Part shown: piece after piece, positions 48,401-60,300 of the stretch
Numbering within the stretch: position 1 is the stretch's first letter
Layout: each line of letters begins with the position of its first letter
Assembly: GCA_000708835.1 (NCBI GenBank)
Contig: DF237117.1
Location: forward strand, 62,001-126,000
Reading direction: 5' to 3'
Length of the DNA: 64,000 nt
Source of the DNA: Klebsormidium nitens
Lineage: Eukaryota > Plantae > Klebsormidiophyceae
Program-made: the position numbers and the translations under genes
Notes under the pieces: generated by a model
The model's input: the letters and a program-made list of their open reading frames with translations, nothing else
Database searches by the model: none
What the model was told of the DNA's origin: nothing

Positions 48401-51400
48401 AAATTTCGGATTTAAGCAAGAGCAGCTGAAGGCAAGAGCGGGCAGATACTTGAGCTTGAGAACGAAGCAATTGGAGGAAGGACTTCCAAAACCAGAAAGG
48501 GTCGACGGTGTTGGCCGCACGGAACATCTGGCATTCGAATGCGTAAGTTTGACATCTTAAAACGGTTGTCGTTTCGTTCCCAAAGTCGTATCCCCAACGC
48601 ATAACGAACCAGCAACTCTTTTTGATCTCCGTTCAATGAGCGATTCGAAGGCGTCGACCGAGCTGACGTCTGTGCTGCGATATATCTGTTTCGTGTACGG
48701 AGTACTGCAAGTAGTGAAGCTGCGACACCTTGATCTGGAACTTTTGGGACTTGAAACCCTTCACATTACAGAGATTAAGGCAATTGTCGTTCACCACAAC
48801 GTCCGTGTCGCACTGCAAACCAGCAGTGTGTTTCAAGAAGTTTATATCTCAAGTTCAAGAAGCTTGGTTACTCGAAAATAAACAAACATCCAGAGGTCTG
48901 ACACTCACAGAGCGAGTTCACTGTGTCGTCCGGCTCAACGTCCGTCTCGCGCGTCAACAAAATCGGTCCGGTGTCAAGTCCGTCGTCCGCCCAAAACACA
49001 GTCAGCCCCGCCTTCTTATCGCCTTCCATGAGCGTCCAGTTGATAGCTGACGCGCCACGATGGCGGGGCAGAATGCTGGGGTGGTAGATGATGCCGCCAT
49101 ACTTGTTGCTGTCAAGGAGCTGCAAAAGAGAAGCGATCCCCGTTTCATTGTGAGCATTTCCGATAGTGAATGCGTTACGGTGCTGCGGGGGTGATGCTCG
49201 GGTCGTAAACAATGCCGCCATACATGTTGCTGTCAAGCAACTGCAGAGGTGAGTTCCAGACTCCTTGAATCGAAGCTCTGAAACCTCGATCTTCGATCAA
49301 CCAAGGCGATTAGTGTGCATTCTCTCACGGGAGATTCGGATTGAGAAAGGATGCTCGGGCGGTGAACGTGCCGTCATACTTTCGCCTCGAGCAACTTTTA
49401 TAGGAGAGGATGATTCCTGGGAAAATTCTGAATTCAAATGCTTTCTTTCATGTACCTCATTTCCTAAAGGTGTATTGTGCCGCGAGGCCTGAATTCCATG
49501 CAGGTATGAATCTGGTCCGTTCATTGGCTACGTAAAGGCACTGATCTAAGTTTCACTACCAGGCAGGGCCTTTTCTTAGGGCCAAACCCCTTTCGAAGTT
49601 ACCTTGCTTTTACACAAATCTTTAGGAATCAGAACGGCAGCTTGTGGCCTTACTCCTACGTTGACAGAGATTGACGACCTCTACAAACTTTGGGTGGCGA
49701 CCAGGCAAGCCATCACCAAGACAATGTAAAAGGAACCAGCCAAGACTCCATCTCTGACAACTGCAGTCACCGTTTGCGGTGCCAAGAGAACAGAGCAATT
49801 TCCTCTTCAATTATGCGGACTGCCACGCGGTTGCACATGTTAAAAAGCCGAACAAAAGTTGACGGCGCACTGCTTACATCGACAGGGATGAACTGCGTGA
49901 CGAACGCCAGCACGCTGAGGTCAGCGCCTACCGACTTGAACTGCTGCTCCACCTCAGGGAGCGTGTGGCCACCGTCCTGAGAAAAATGGTCTGAGCTTGG
50001 TTATCTCCTGATTAGCTACAAATTAGCTCGTGGTTAGCTAGAGGTTAGCTCCAGGTTAGCAAGAGGTCAGCGACATCCCAAGGGAAAGTGGTAGAAGTCA
50101 GCAAACGGGTAGCAGAGCAGATAAGTGAAGGTTAGACGGACAGGCCAATTCAAAGGCTTCTCCACTCAACTTCGCAAAATAGGTCAGAAACAGAAGTTTA
50201 CAGAGGGTTAGCAAAGAAGACACTCAACACAGAGAGGGGTTGGCAGCAAGGGTAACCAGGCAAGATGACCCACGCAGACCAGCCAAGCTGTCCCAAGCAC
50301 ATCGCTGGCCATCTATGCCACTTTCTGAAGACATTCTGCATCCCCTCTATCCCAGATACTACCCTCTCAACCACCTGAATTTCAAAACGCGATGATCGTT
50401 ATGCCCTTGCGTTGCCTTCCAATGAGCAGAATGGGTGTCGCAAAGCGAGAAATCTGGCCAGTCTAGTGGGAATCAACTCCACTTACCAGGAACTATTTGA
50501 AAGCACGCATATTAAGAGATTTGTCATATTGCAGATGACCAACCTCATTTCAGCTGTCTGCATTGGTTCTTACGGCAGCCATCAATGCTTTGAAAGCATG
50601 AAACAGATTTGCAAAGGTACCAACGCTTCAAGAGCATGCAACATTCTTGCAGATGTATCTGGACTGGTGTTGCAGTCGAAAGAGTGGCTCGAGTAAGGTC
50701 GGCTGTTCATGAATGTCAATGATTGGGCGCTCTGATTAAGAAGACGCCGTGGAATAATATGGTTTGGTACTATGCATCTAACACAACTTTTGCCAGCCTC
50801 CAATCTTAGCAACGACCAGTCTTTTGTGGTAAACCTTGCAGTATTCATTTTGCCACAAAGTATGCACAAACTGCAGCTTTCTCAGCTATCCAGGATTTTC
50901 ACCACCAACTATCACCAACAGCATAAGTCTATGAAGCATCTGAATTTCATTTTCAGGATTCTAGAACCAACAGCATTGAAACTTATCAAAAAGAAAGACA
51001 GGAAGATGCTGCTGGGGCCAGATGTCATCCAGGAAAGCTTTCCAATCAATTGAAGAACAATCAGATAAAGAACTGCAGAACGCGACCAGCGAATGAGACA
51101 CCTATCTCTGCAGATAGTCATACGAAGACAGATTGGTCGCTATGCAGCGGCCAATGACCACAATTGAGCAGGCAAAGAAGAAAGTAATAGAACGTCAATA
51201 GCTCACCTTCTTCAGAGCCTTCCAGCGCGGAAACTTGAACACCTGCAGGTTGTCTGCCTTTGCTGCGGTGGCAAGCGGGTCCTCCCTTCCCTTTGCGTCA
51301 GGGACCGTGAAGACTCCCACAATCTCATGGCCTCTCTTCTTCAATTCGTTAAAAACCTCGGCACCGAAAGCAGACTGACCAATGACGGCGACCTTGAGGC

Positions 51401-51404
51401 CCAT
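39455..51404 (-). CDS. ALDH1L: 10-formyltetrahydrofolate dehydrogenase, ALDH1L type (formyltransferase/hydrolase + acyl-carrier-like + aldehyde dehydrogenase), ~904 aa, 13 exons
   Basis: Exons 51404-51207, 49976-49878, 49119-48909, 48009-47885, 47461-47354, 46412-46104, 45602-45234, 44847-44721, 43796-43531, 42735-42532, 41372-41091, 40590-40420, 39700-39455 join in phase (2715 nt). Motifs: [11 protein letters not shown]; [19 protein letters not shown]; DDGLDTGP; [15 protein letters not shown] (phosphopantetheine Ser); PWNYPLMM; ELGGKSP; [13 protein letters not shown] (catalytic Cys); [24 protein letters not shown]. An alternative in-frame ATG lies at 51437. Confidence 0.95.
40200..40419 (-). 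repeat. Donor-side duplication after ALDH1L exon 12 (~140 bp)
   Basis: TTGCCGGTGTCCGTAA...CCACCGTCCC..GCTT..AAGCCTCACC occurs at ~40217-40277 and ~40362-40420. Confidence 0.75.
41373..41990 (-). repeat. Echo array of ALDH1L exon 11 5' end (3 clear copies)
   Basis: Minus-strand starts at 41553, 41733 and 41886; real exon at 41372 ([32 protein letters not shown]). Confidence 0.95.
42736..42893 (-). repeat. Echo of ALDH1L exon 10 5' end
   Basis: CCCAG|GTGACTCCGCTGACG unit at 42893 vs real exon at 42735 (158 bp apart). Confidence 0.9.
43797..44520 (-). repeat. Echo array of ALDH1L exon 9 5' end (3 clear + 2 decayed copies, ~147-bp period)
   Basis: Starts at 43943, 44090 and 44238 (weaker ~44355, ~44517); real exon at 43796 ([25 protein letters not shown]). 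Confidence 0.9.
47100..47353 (-). repeat. Donor-side echoes of ALDH1L exon 5 3' end
   Basis: Copy of AACGACAGAGTGCCCGGGGCGTGGGCCGTAGTCAACGGCCAG at ~47221-47280; weaker copy at ~47100-47135. Confidence 0.75.
48010..48545 (-). repeat. Echo array of ALDH1L exon 4 5' end (3-4 copies, 108-127-bp period)
   Basis: Starts at 48136, 48244 and 48362; real exon at 48009 ([22 protein letters not shown]). Confidence 0.8.
49120..49400 (-). repeat. Echoes of ALDH1L exon 3 5' end
   Basis: CTGCAG|TTGCTTGACAGCAACATGTATGGCGG at ~49240 vs real CAG|CTCCTTGACAGCAACAAGTATGGCGG; a decayed copy lies at ~49395. Confidence 0.7.
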
Positions 51405-52910
51405 CTCGACTACCTTGCCAACACGCGGAGCAAACATGAAAAACAATGCGCCCTTCGCGAGTGGCTGGTTGCTTCCTCCACGCTCACTTTGCAGATTGCA
51501 AGCTTGAGCTCCAGCTCTGGAGAAAAAGTGCTCCAGCCAGGGGGAAAAAGTGGATTCCTCATGATTGGCTGTGGGCAAAAATCTTGAGATACGTCTGCAT
51601 TCATTGCACGCAGACCACGTGGGCTTGTCCACGTGGGCCAGGATGTAACCGATTTATGCACGTGTCGTGCTACAGTAGATTCACGATTATAAATTGAACA
51701 CAACATGAACTTCAACTAAGCATTGAATGATGAAGTAAGCAAGCACGAGTCTTAGCGTTGCAGATTCGCATTGCACTTCTCGGCCTCTCTGTGAACCCTG
51801 GGCCTCACAGTGTGCTCAGGCAATCACATAAAGGGAATTGTCGGGGAATTTTCATAGGTATTAAGTAATCTCGTGACCATCTCCGACCCGTTGCACCATT
51901 GGAAACAAACACTAGAGACCTTGTACTTTGCTACTAGCACGCAAGTTGCAAAAGGTAGAAGGAACTTAAGCTACGGCATGCGGGTGGCACAGTAAAACCG
52001 CCTAGTGTCTTCTGTTTGCGGGTTGTTTCACCCACGTTCTCATCTTTTGAATGTGTTTAGACAGACAGTACGTCCCCCTCTCCATACGCCTTTCTTTCTA
52101 TGGCGACGTCTATGTACACTTTCACACTCAAAAGCTCTGTATGTCAAGCTGACGATAGTCCAATCAAATACATTTGTTCCAACCTGCTGATGGCCCGCTT
52201 GGCACTCACCCCGGTGTCGTTAGATCAATTCGCTTTGCCTTACAGGCATGAGACGTCAATCCCACTGGGATTTGTGTCTAGCACCTCTATCCAATTAAGC
52301 CTTCCTTCACCAAATGTCACAATGTCTGCCCCGCCTGCAGGATTGGCCTCTCCCTTTATACTCGGGTACAATTTTAAGGTGCCCTCGGCAACTTCAGAGA
52401 TGTTTTTCTGTTCTGCATAATAAGGCTCGTCAATCCCCTTACATATGTTTCCCGTCTAAGAGCTTTTTGTCCAATGTCAAAGAGGACCCTTTCAACTCAG
52501 TCTTGAAGCGGTGACAGTCGGGCGAGTGAGCTCCTCCTCGGGAAGGACGCAAGGGTGTCCTACCATAAACAAGCCTTTCCTGCTGTTCCGACCTGCAGTA
52601 TGCCTCGGCTCGCACAACACTTGACTAAACCCTTTCCGTCCGCTTCAAGCAGGCTTGCTTGCTCATGACATCCCGTCGGACGCATTCCCTTGCTGTTCTA
52701 ATCTCCCTCATTACAATGTGTTGCTTGCTTGTGAGGCAGAGTGTCTCCGCACTTGCTCGAGTCCGCATATCGTGCTCAATCGGATTCGTCTGCTCAAAGC
52801 AGCGAGAGCTTTCGTGCCGTTCCGCCTCCCTGCTGCTTGATGACCGGTCGCTCCTTGGTTCCATCCTTTTGCAAGTGTTGTGAAGGAGTTTATTTGTGTT
52901 CGCTGACTGG

Positions 52911-55900
52911 TCAGAAGCCGCTCCTTTCATTCCGCTGGTCTGCTGGACCGGCCTCCTCCGAATATCCAAAGGTAGCCATGTCCTGCGAAGCAGCCGAACA
53001 ATGAGTGTAAGAGCAAAGCTTTGCTTGTGCTCTCGAGGGCAAACGGCCAGAATGAAAGCCCACGCTTCGTTGATGGGCCTGGGCTTGAAGCTCCGAGGAT
53101 CATTAAAAGCAGCTGTTCTTGAACGGCGAACCTTTGGAAATCAAAGAGTGCTAGTGACGCTTACGACGACGGCTCTGTTCCTGTCAAAATATTGCTTTCC
53201 AAGCAACCGGTGCCAAAGACCAGGACAGCTTCGACAGAAAGCTCAAGATTTTAGCAATGGTCTTAGTACAGATTGCAGCCTCGGTCGTTTGTAAGGCTTT
53301 TTGACCTCATACGAGGACTCGAAGTGCTTCGCCTTTGAGAATGCATGTGGGGCAGTCTGATGAGAAAGGATCTTCGAGCGCGGGAAATGCAGTAAAACCT
53401 GCAACGGAAACGGAAGAAGATGCGGAAAGCGGAAAGCGGAAAACGGAAAACGGAAAGCGGAAAGCGGAAAGCGGAAAGCGCGAAGCCGACAGCCTACCTT
53501 TGTGATGATGTTAAGCTGCACGAGTGCTGTGCCGGTCGATCGTACTCGCGTTACTGCGTACAGCGGAAAAAGAAGCGGAGTCAACAAGCGCCTTCCGCTA
53601 TGTCGTCTAATGGATGGAACTTGTTTCCAGTTTGAATGGCAAAGCTGCTGCTTGGGAAGGGCATGCAGCTTAGGAGTTCTAAGAAGGCAGTACCCCGGAT
53701 CCGGATTCCAGAAAGCACAAAACCGCTTTGCTCCACTGAACGCGGCTTCGCCTCGGAAAGTCACGCTACTTGATCAGGATAGATGACCGTTTGCGAAGCC
53801 AAAGTTCGCAACCACTTGAAAACAATAGGTAGCCGTTTCTATGAAAGATTGAATGCTCTCACATCCTCACCGTTGTTTCTAGCATTTACCTCGTTTCTTT
53901 CCGAAGGCGCTTAGAGTAGAGGAGACGATGGACGAGTACTTTGCAATCTTTTGTCAAAAGAGGAAGCTTTCACGCGATTTCCGTTCGTCCCAACCCCAGC
54001 TTTTGAGTCGCTACATACCTTCTCGCCCTTCCCCGGAAGCCGGAAACTTGGGGTCCGAAAACTCGGCGGGCATGCCCGCGATCCAGGACGTGAACTGCTG
54101 CATGAGAGAGGAGGAGAGCGGCCGGAAGAGCCGGACCTTTCGGACGTACCTGCAACAGATCAACGGACAATTTGCTTCGTACGGACCAGCAAGAATAGCA
54201 CAGCTTCATGTGAAGCGATGAAGTAGCCGGGGCAGGTTGACTTTTTCGAGGCCACTGAGAAGGCAGGACAGGTCGTTCGAGACCCCTGAAGCAAGTGCAC
54301 CGTATGCGTTTGTCGAACCCAACGCGACTAGTGCCTACAGAAAAAATTGAAGATCGTAACACAGATGGTCAGGATGAGCAGTAAAGAGACCGACGAGGCA
54401 GGAGGCGATGCCAAGGTCGTGCGATCCCCCGATCCCACCAGGGAGGAGACAAAAGAAAGGATTGCGAGGTTACCGGAAATAGGAAGATCTGTAAGCGGTA
54501 GAATCAGATGACTGTACTTACCTCCCGGCAGCTGTCGGAAGATGGACACACCCGTACCCTTTGATGACGTCACGGCCGAGGGCATCGACCTCGAAGATGC
54601 TGAGAATAAGCTGCGAGGAAGCGGGAACAAGAATTAGTCTCTGAAGCAGGCTTGTCTGCCCCCGAAACAATTTCCAAGACAGTAAAAAGCAACTTCTCAG
54701 AGCAAGCACTTGCCGATTACGAGGTTCTTAAGGAAAATGCAGTATCATAGCCAGACACATTAAGGTCATGGCCTAACATAGACTGTGATAGCCTCACATG
54801 TGCCTTCTTTGTCTTTGCAATCTCCTAGCAAGAAGCTTATATCTAGCTATCAACAACTACTCTTGCGAAGGATTCCAACCTGTGCAGCTTCGAAGCGTCA
54901 CTAGTTGCTGGTTCCGGAACACTTTACCCTTTGTTTTCTCCTCATCTCTGGTTCCTGAACTTGTGTGTGTCCTACCACTCGGCTGAAGGCTCCGACGCTA
55001 CCAAACGCACCAATCAACGACAATCTCGGGCATCCACTAGCAGATTGGCTATCTTATATTCTGCATATTGGCTCTTTGTTGGTGGAAGGATGCTCACCTG
55101 AGGCCAGCCAAAAGCATTGGTGCTCTTGTAAGTAACGTCAATGGGGAAATTCCACACAAGCTGCGCGTTTGGGCCAGACGACTTTCTCGTGATCTGAGTG
55201 ATACCATCCTCCACGCCCTGTTAGTACAATCAATTTAATAATTCAGTGTGGTTTTAATTGCTTGTCACATTCAAAACATCTACATTGTATTGTGAATTTC
55301 AAATCTCAGATGTCCCAGGTTGCTGGGGATGGTCCCTTGCCTGCCCCCAGCACAAAGCTTGCCTCAGCTTCTTTCATTGGCATTCCCTTCTGCTGGAGGA
55401 ATTGCTTGCAAGTTTGCTGCTAATCTTTTGGACAATTCGTGATCAGCAATGAATTGCTTTTTCAGATAGTGGGCCTTGGAACATTTCAAGCAGTGAAAGC
55501 CGTTCGAGACCGACAAGAATCAGCAGATTTACGCAAAGAAAGGTCGGGTCTGCATTTGCGAGAGGCGTGATGGCTTTTCTGGCGCGCTTAGAAGGTCTTT
55601 GTAAAATGTGTTGGCACCTTCCCTTCTTTGAGAAATCAGAAAATGTAAGTTCTAGAACTTACATCAAGCACGTGCCAATCATCACCGTGCACGAGCATGA
55701 ACTTGCAGTAGGCGTTGTTGCAATCAGGGATCTGCAAGGAATGCATGAAGTCAGCATTGACCTCGTACACAAGCTGGTGGGATTGAAGCTGTCAAGTTGT
55801 AAACACCGTTTTGTCTGGCTACGGGAAGTTTGATCTTATTAAACATTGCCACCGTCCATTAGTGGATGCCTGTATGAAAAGAGCCATCTTGAAGTAAAGC

Positions 55901-56356
55901 ACCACCTTTTTACCACCATTTTCTTTGTCAATGGTGCGCTCACGTTTCCCCTTTGTTTATGTTGTTCTTAGCCTCCTGCAAATGGCCACTGAATGGGCAG
56001 TGACATTCTCCAGATTGTCCGCATGAGCATGTGCACAAAATGGGTGCTTTGCAGCAGCTCGCAGACTATGTTGGCACTCTGCTTATCGCAACTTTATCCT
56101 GCAAAGCGGGCAACACGTCTATCCAACCAATTGCACTTAGCAGCTTGGAAGGTAAGCAAAGCTTCTTGCCCCAGGTAAAAGTTGCGAAAGCATATCAGAA
56201 CAATTCAGGGCACACCGCATGATCATTGAAATCGAGAACCAAAGCTACCACCAGCTGCCACCAGCTTAATGTATTTGGAGAGTTATGACTCACGTCCGCG
56301 CACTCTAGTTGCCCGGTAGCCATCACCATGAAGAACGTCGCCGAGTCCGCTGCCAT
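52911..56356 (-). CDS. B9D1: B9 domain-containing protein 1 (ciliary transition zone, MKS module), 199 aa, 7 exons
   Basis: Exons 56356-56294, 55731-55663, 55217-55098, 54610-54522, 54149-54019, 53553-53498, 52982-52911 join in phase (600 nt). Peptides: [61 protein letters not shown]. Confidence 0.9.
53422..53481. repeat. (GCGGAAA)n heptanucleotide microsatellite in the last B9D1 intron
   Basis: About 8 tandem GCGGAAA/ACGGAAA units read directly from the sequence. Confidence 0.9.
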
Positions 56357-57336
56357 TGCTCCAGCTTTCCTGCTTGCGGAGCTACCGGAAAGCTCAACTT
56401 TATGCTTCCTTCTCAGCTTTCGTCAAATACTCCGCAGCTCGCTACCCAGCTAAGCATCCTAAGGAATACCCCCTCTCACGCTTTCACACTCCCCTCCCCT
56501 CAGGCTACTGCCTCGCTTCCTGAGCACACGATTTTATCAATTGTTTCAGACAGTGGAAAGGCCCCAAATGGCAAGAGGAGCGATTGATTGAGCGGGGCCT
56601 GCGCAGGAAGAGAAGCGCTGAGCATGAAATCCAGGGACAGAGGCAGAGAAATTGCATGTGCGGGCTTGCATGAAAGTCAGCTCGGACTAGAAAACTCACC
56701 ATTGTGTACTCCTGGGACCAGTGTTTACAAGACAGTTACATGGAGCAGAACACGAGCCGTCGATGGGCTGTCCTCGTTGGGGTGGCGTATTAGCGCCAGC
56801 TCCATCGGACGGTTGGAAAGCTCTCCAAAAAAAGGCACAATTGTACACAGCCTAGAGGCATAATTTAGGTGTTGCCTCTACAGTCCACAGAGTATGTAAT
56901 CCGCATTGCCCGTCTTTTCAGAGCTCTTCCGACTCCGGCCAGAGATGACATTGAAAGCTCGGAGCTGCATTGATGTTCTCATTTCCGTAGACTGGATACC
57001 TAGTGGACGGCTTTGGCTGCAAATCCCATCTCTACCTGTTGCGGGCCTGTTGCTTGATTTGTGGATCTCAAATTTGGGGCAGCCTGGAAGTGATCCAGAA
57101 GTGGGGCTTTTCAATTATGGTCTTTCCGCTGACAAGCAGGGGCTTTCTTTCTGTTGCAAAGATGGAGGACAAAAAGTCGATTTGGAGCTAGGTATTTGCC
57201 CTTGGTGGCCGGGGCATCTGGACCTTTGCTAGAGGGGGCTGAAGCGCCAAGCACAATTGCAACAGCTCATGGTGGTAAATATTGCGCAGTTAGACGCTGG
57301 ACTGTAGACTCCTGAGCTCGAACAGGGAGGGCCACG
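56357..57336. promoter_or_regulatory. Probable bidirectional promoter/5'UTR region shared by B9D1 and CFAP43
   Basis: About 1 kb between divergent start codons. A telo-box-like TAAACCCTAAT lies just downstream at ~57366. Inferred from gene geometry only. Confidence 0.4.
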
Positions 57337-60300
57337 ATGGCAGGAGTGATGGTGGAGTGAGTCGCTAAACCCTAATCTTCAAACTTTACTCATAGTTACT
57401 CAGAGCTAGGCCTCACATCAGCTGCTCGTCATTTCTTCACCCTTGCTGAGAGCTAGGGCTCATATTCTCATCCGTGTCCTCTGCTAAGTGGTAATTAGAC
57501 ATGTCAAGAAGCTCAAATCACTGGGAAATTAACTGCCACTTCACAAAAGGGGCCTGTGCTTCTTCTGGTTGCTCTGCCTCAACAGGCTAAGCACCGCAGA
57601 GGTCCTTGCAATGAAAACGTTTCAGAAGCATATTGCTGCAGCTTGTCCTCCTTCGCAAGCGCGCTGTTGGCTGGTGCCATTGAAGCGAGACTAAAATGTA
57701 TATGGACATTGTAACAATACGAGATTATTGGCTTGGCAGAGCAGTGTCAGAGAAGCGTCAGAGCAGCCCTACGACGTTACCATCTTACGTTGGTCCTATC
57801 AAATGCATACCACCACTGAATATCCCTAATAAGTATTGCTTGCCCATGCAAGAACCACCCAGAAGGTGTTCCATGATTACAAAGATGGCTATCAACAAAT
57901 GGGGCCTATCAATTCTTAGGAGCACTCCTTACGTTGGTGTCAACTATATCCTTTTAGCCTTAAAAAATCAGGGCAACCTTCAGCCTGCCCCTTCCAATGT
58001 GGTAGTACTAATTTCTCCTGCATGAGAAGAACGAGTATCTCTACTCCAAAGCATATTCTTGCTTCATCAGCCTGTGTAACAGGATTCCAAGTAATCTTTA
58101 GTGTTGGTATGAATATCCTCTGAATGCAGGTATGCCCTGGGCCAGAGCAGCCCGGAGGTTCAGTTCCTCGACTCCACCACTGTGGTCACTATCTGTGGGA
58201 ATGCCCTCAGATTTCAGCAGCTGTCTGGTGGGACTCAGGTAGGCCTCTGCATACCTTTCCGGGGGCCCTGCCATATAACCAAATTCATGTAGACTCAGGC
58301 GGTGGCAACACATCTGCAGTGTTCGCCGCTCGTACAATGAGTCGGGGGTGATCACTGACAAATCGCGTTGGGGATTTTGTGCATACTATTTTCTTGCTTC
58401 CCACGTTGACATAACACATCCTTGGTCCCAAATCCTGCTTTCCTGTCACCGTTTCAAATAGTAGCCTGGAAAGCCTCCACTGGTGCGACTGTAGAGTTTC
58501 TGCTCTATGCCCATAGCAAACCTGAGATCGACTCCATAAGTGTTAGCCAAACCTGACTCCTGTGAATGCAGGACACCCGCTTTCTGTGGGGGGCTGGCCG
58601 TGGCATCTCCGCTTTCACGGTCAACACTCGGAAAGGCCTCGTGGCGTACGCAGAAAAGGGCCTGAACCCGTGTATCTTCGTGCACGACAGCCAGAGCTTG
58701 GACTTGCTCACCAAGCTCTCAGGCAAGAACCGTGTTACTACGCCGCCTTTCCTGTAGGATCTGACTTACTTCAGACTCTACCGGTCTGATCGTAGTTCTC
58801 CAGTTCTTAAAAAGGGTTCTGCGCAGTCCCGGTGTAAAGCTGGTCTTTCAAGCACTGTTTCGGTCCCCTGATTGATGCTACGAGTCGGCTCGTCACAATC
58901 TGGAGTGGGTGCAAGCTTCCTTCAAGTTTGCAAGTGGATACTTTCGCTTGCCCCCCTCTGCAGAACACAAATGATAAGTCCCCAATCTGCTTTCCACTTG
59001 ACCCCCGTTCCTTTCCCCTCATTTCTGCCCACCCCTTTTGACTTTCCAGACATCGCCGAGCTTGAGATCGTCCGGCTCGCCTTCTTTGCGGACGGGGCTC
59101 GCCTCCTGGCCGCGTCCGGCGTGCCCGACTTCGAGCTGACCGTGCATGACGTCAGCACGGCGGCGCAGCAGGCCCGGACGAAGCTCGGCGCCCCGCTCGA
59201 TGACGTCAGCTTCAACCCGAGGAACGATATGCAGTTCTGCTCGCGCTCCGGAGGGGTGCTGACGCTGTGGACCTTGGAGCGGAGCTACGAGGTGAGGCGT
59301 GACGTCACTTTGCGCTGGTGACGTCACTTATTCGAGAGGCAGATAGACTGTCACCATGTGCGTCGGTCGTTCGGCAAAAGTGGAAAAGAGGCCGGTGATT
59401 CTGGTTCGGGACTGCCTCAACACAAAGAGGCACAAGGGTTCCGGCTTTCTGCCGAACGTCGACGATTCCACTGTCTGCTAGCGACCTTCCCATTCAAACG
59501 AGTTCCGTCTAATCTCTGGGGGCTCCGCATCAGCTGCGGGACATCCTTTTCATTTCCCGAGATGCATACACGCCTTTGACGAAGATTGGCCTCTTTAGTA
59601 GGGACCCATCAAGGTCGGTCACATCTGAATAAGATTCAAATTCTTATGCTAACAAGCCATATGAATAATAAGGTCACGTGCGGGGGACGGGTAGGTTAGT
59701 CTGGTGGTTGGGGTGGGCTCTGATAAGGGGCCGGTGTTGCTCAAGTCAGGGTCTTTTGTTTGCTTTTGCCCGCTAATTCAACCTTGTCATTCATGCGGCT
59801 TATTAACCTTAGAATCAAGAACTATCACCTCTGGTGCCGGATACATTCGAGCCCAAGAATGGCTCAATTTCAGTAAGCACCTTTTAGTGATGGTCAGGAC
59901 TCTCGTGTCGGCAGCTCAACTCAATTCGTCCCCATTTCTGTTCGCAGACGCACTACCTGACGTCAAAGGCGCTCCCAACCGACCGCTTCCACGTCACCTC
60001 CCACGCGTGGGCGCAGAACGGGGCCCTGTTGGCGGGGTGTTCCACAGGGGAGCTCTTGCTGATCGACTCAGAGACGGGCCGCGTGAGAGGGCCTCAATTT
60101 CTGGAGCAACTCGACCGAAAAAACGCGGACGCACAGAACGCGATTGCTATGAAAGATCCTGCGGTTTCCGGGGCGGGGGTTGGTGACTCGCAGACCGGAA
60201 TCCGGAAACTGGGCCCGAGCGCCACGGAAAAGGGGAACAAGATTCCGCTCGGGCCGGTTCTACCGGGTGTGAATACGCTCCCCGGGAAGCTCGGGGGAGT

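Noticed and set aside
51405-51632. Long N-terminal extension or transit peptide on ALDH1L suggested by the ORF track
   Set aside because: The track starts at GTG. The only upstream in-frame ATG (51437) adds 11 residues, too little to call a targeting peptide.
53422-53481. (TTTCCGC)n as a cluster of E2F sites
   Set aside because: It does not match the TTTSSCGC consensus and lies in a last intron; treated as a microsatellite.
27460-57375. Scattered AAACCCT/TAACCCT words as interstitial telomere arrays
   Set aside because: Only single units occur, many overlapping CTAAC branch-point-like sequences; there are no tandem telomeric runs.
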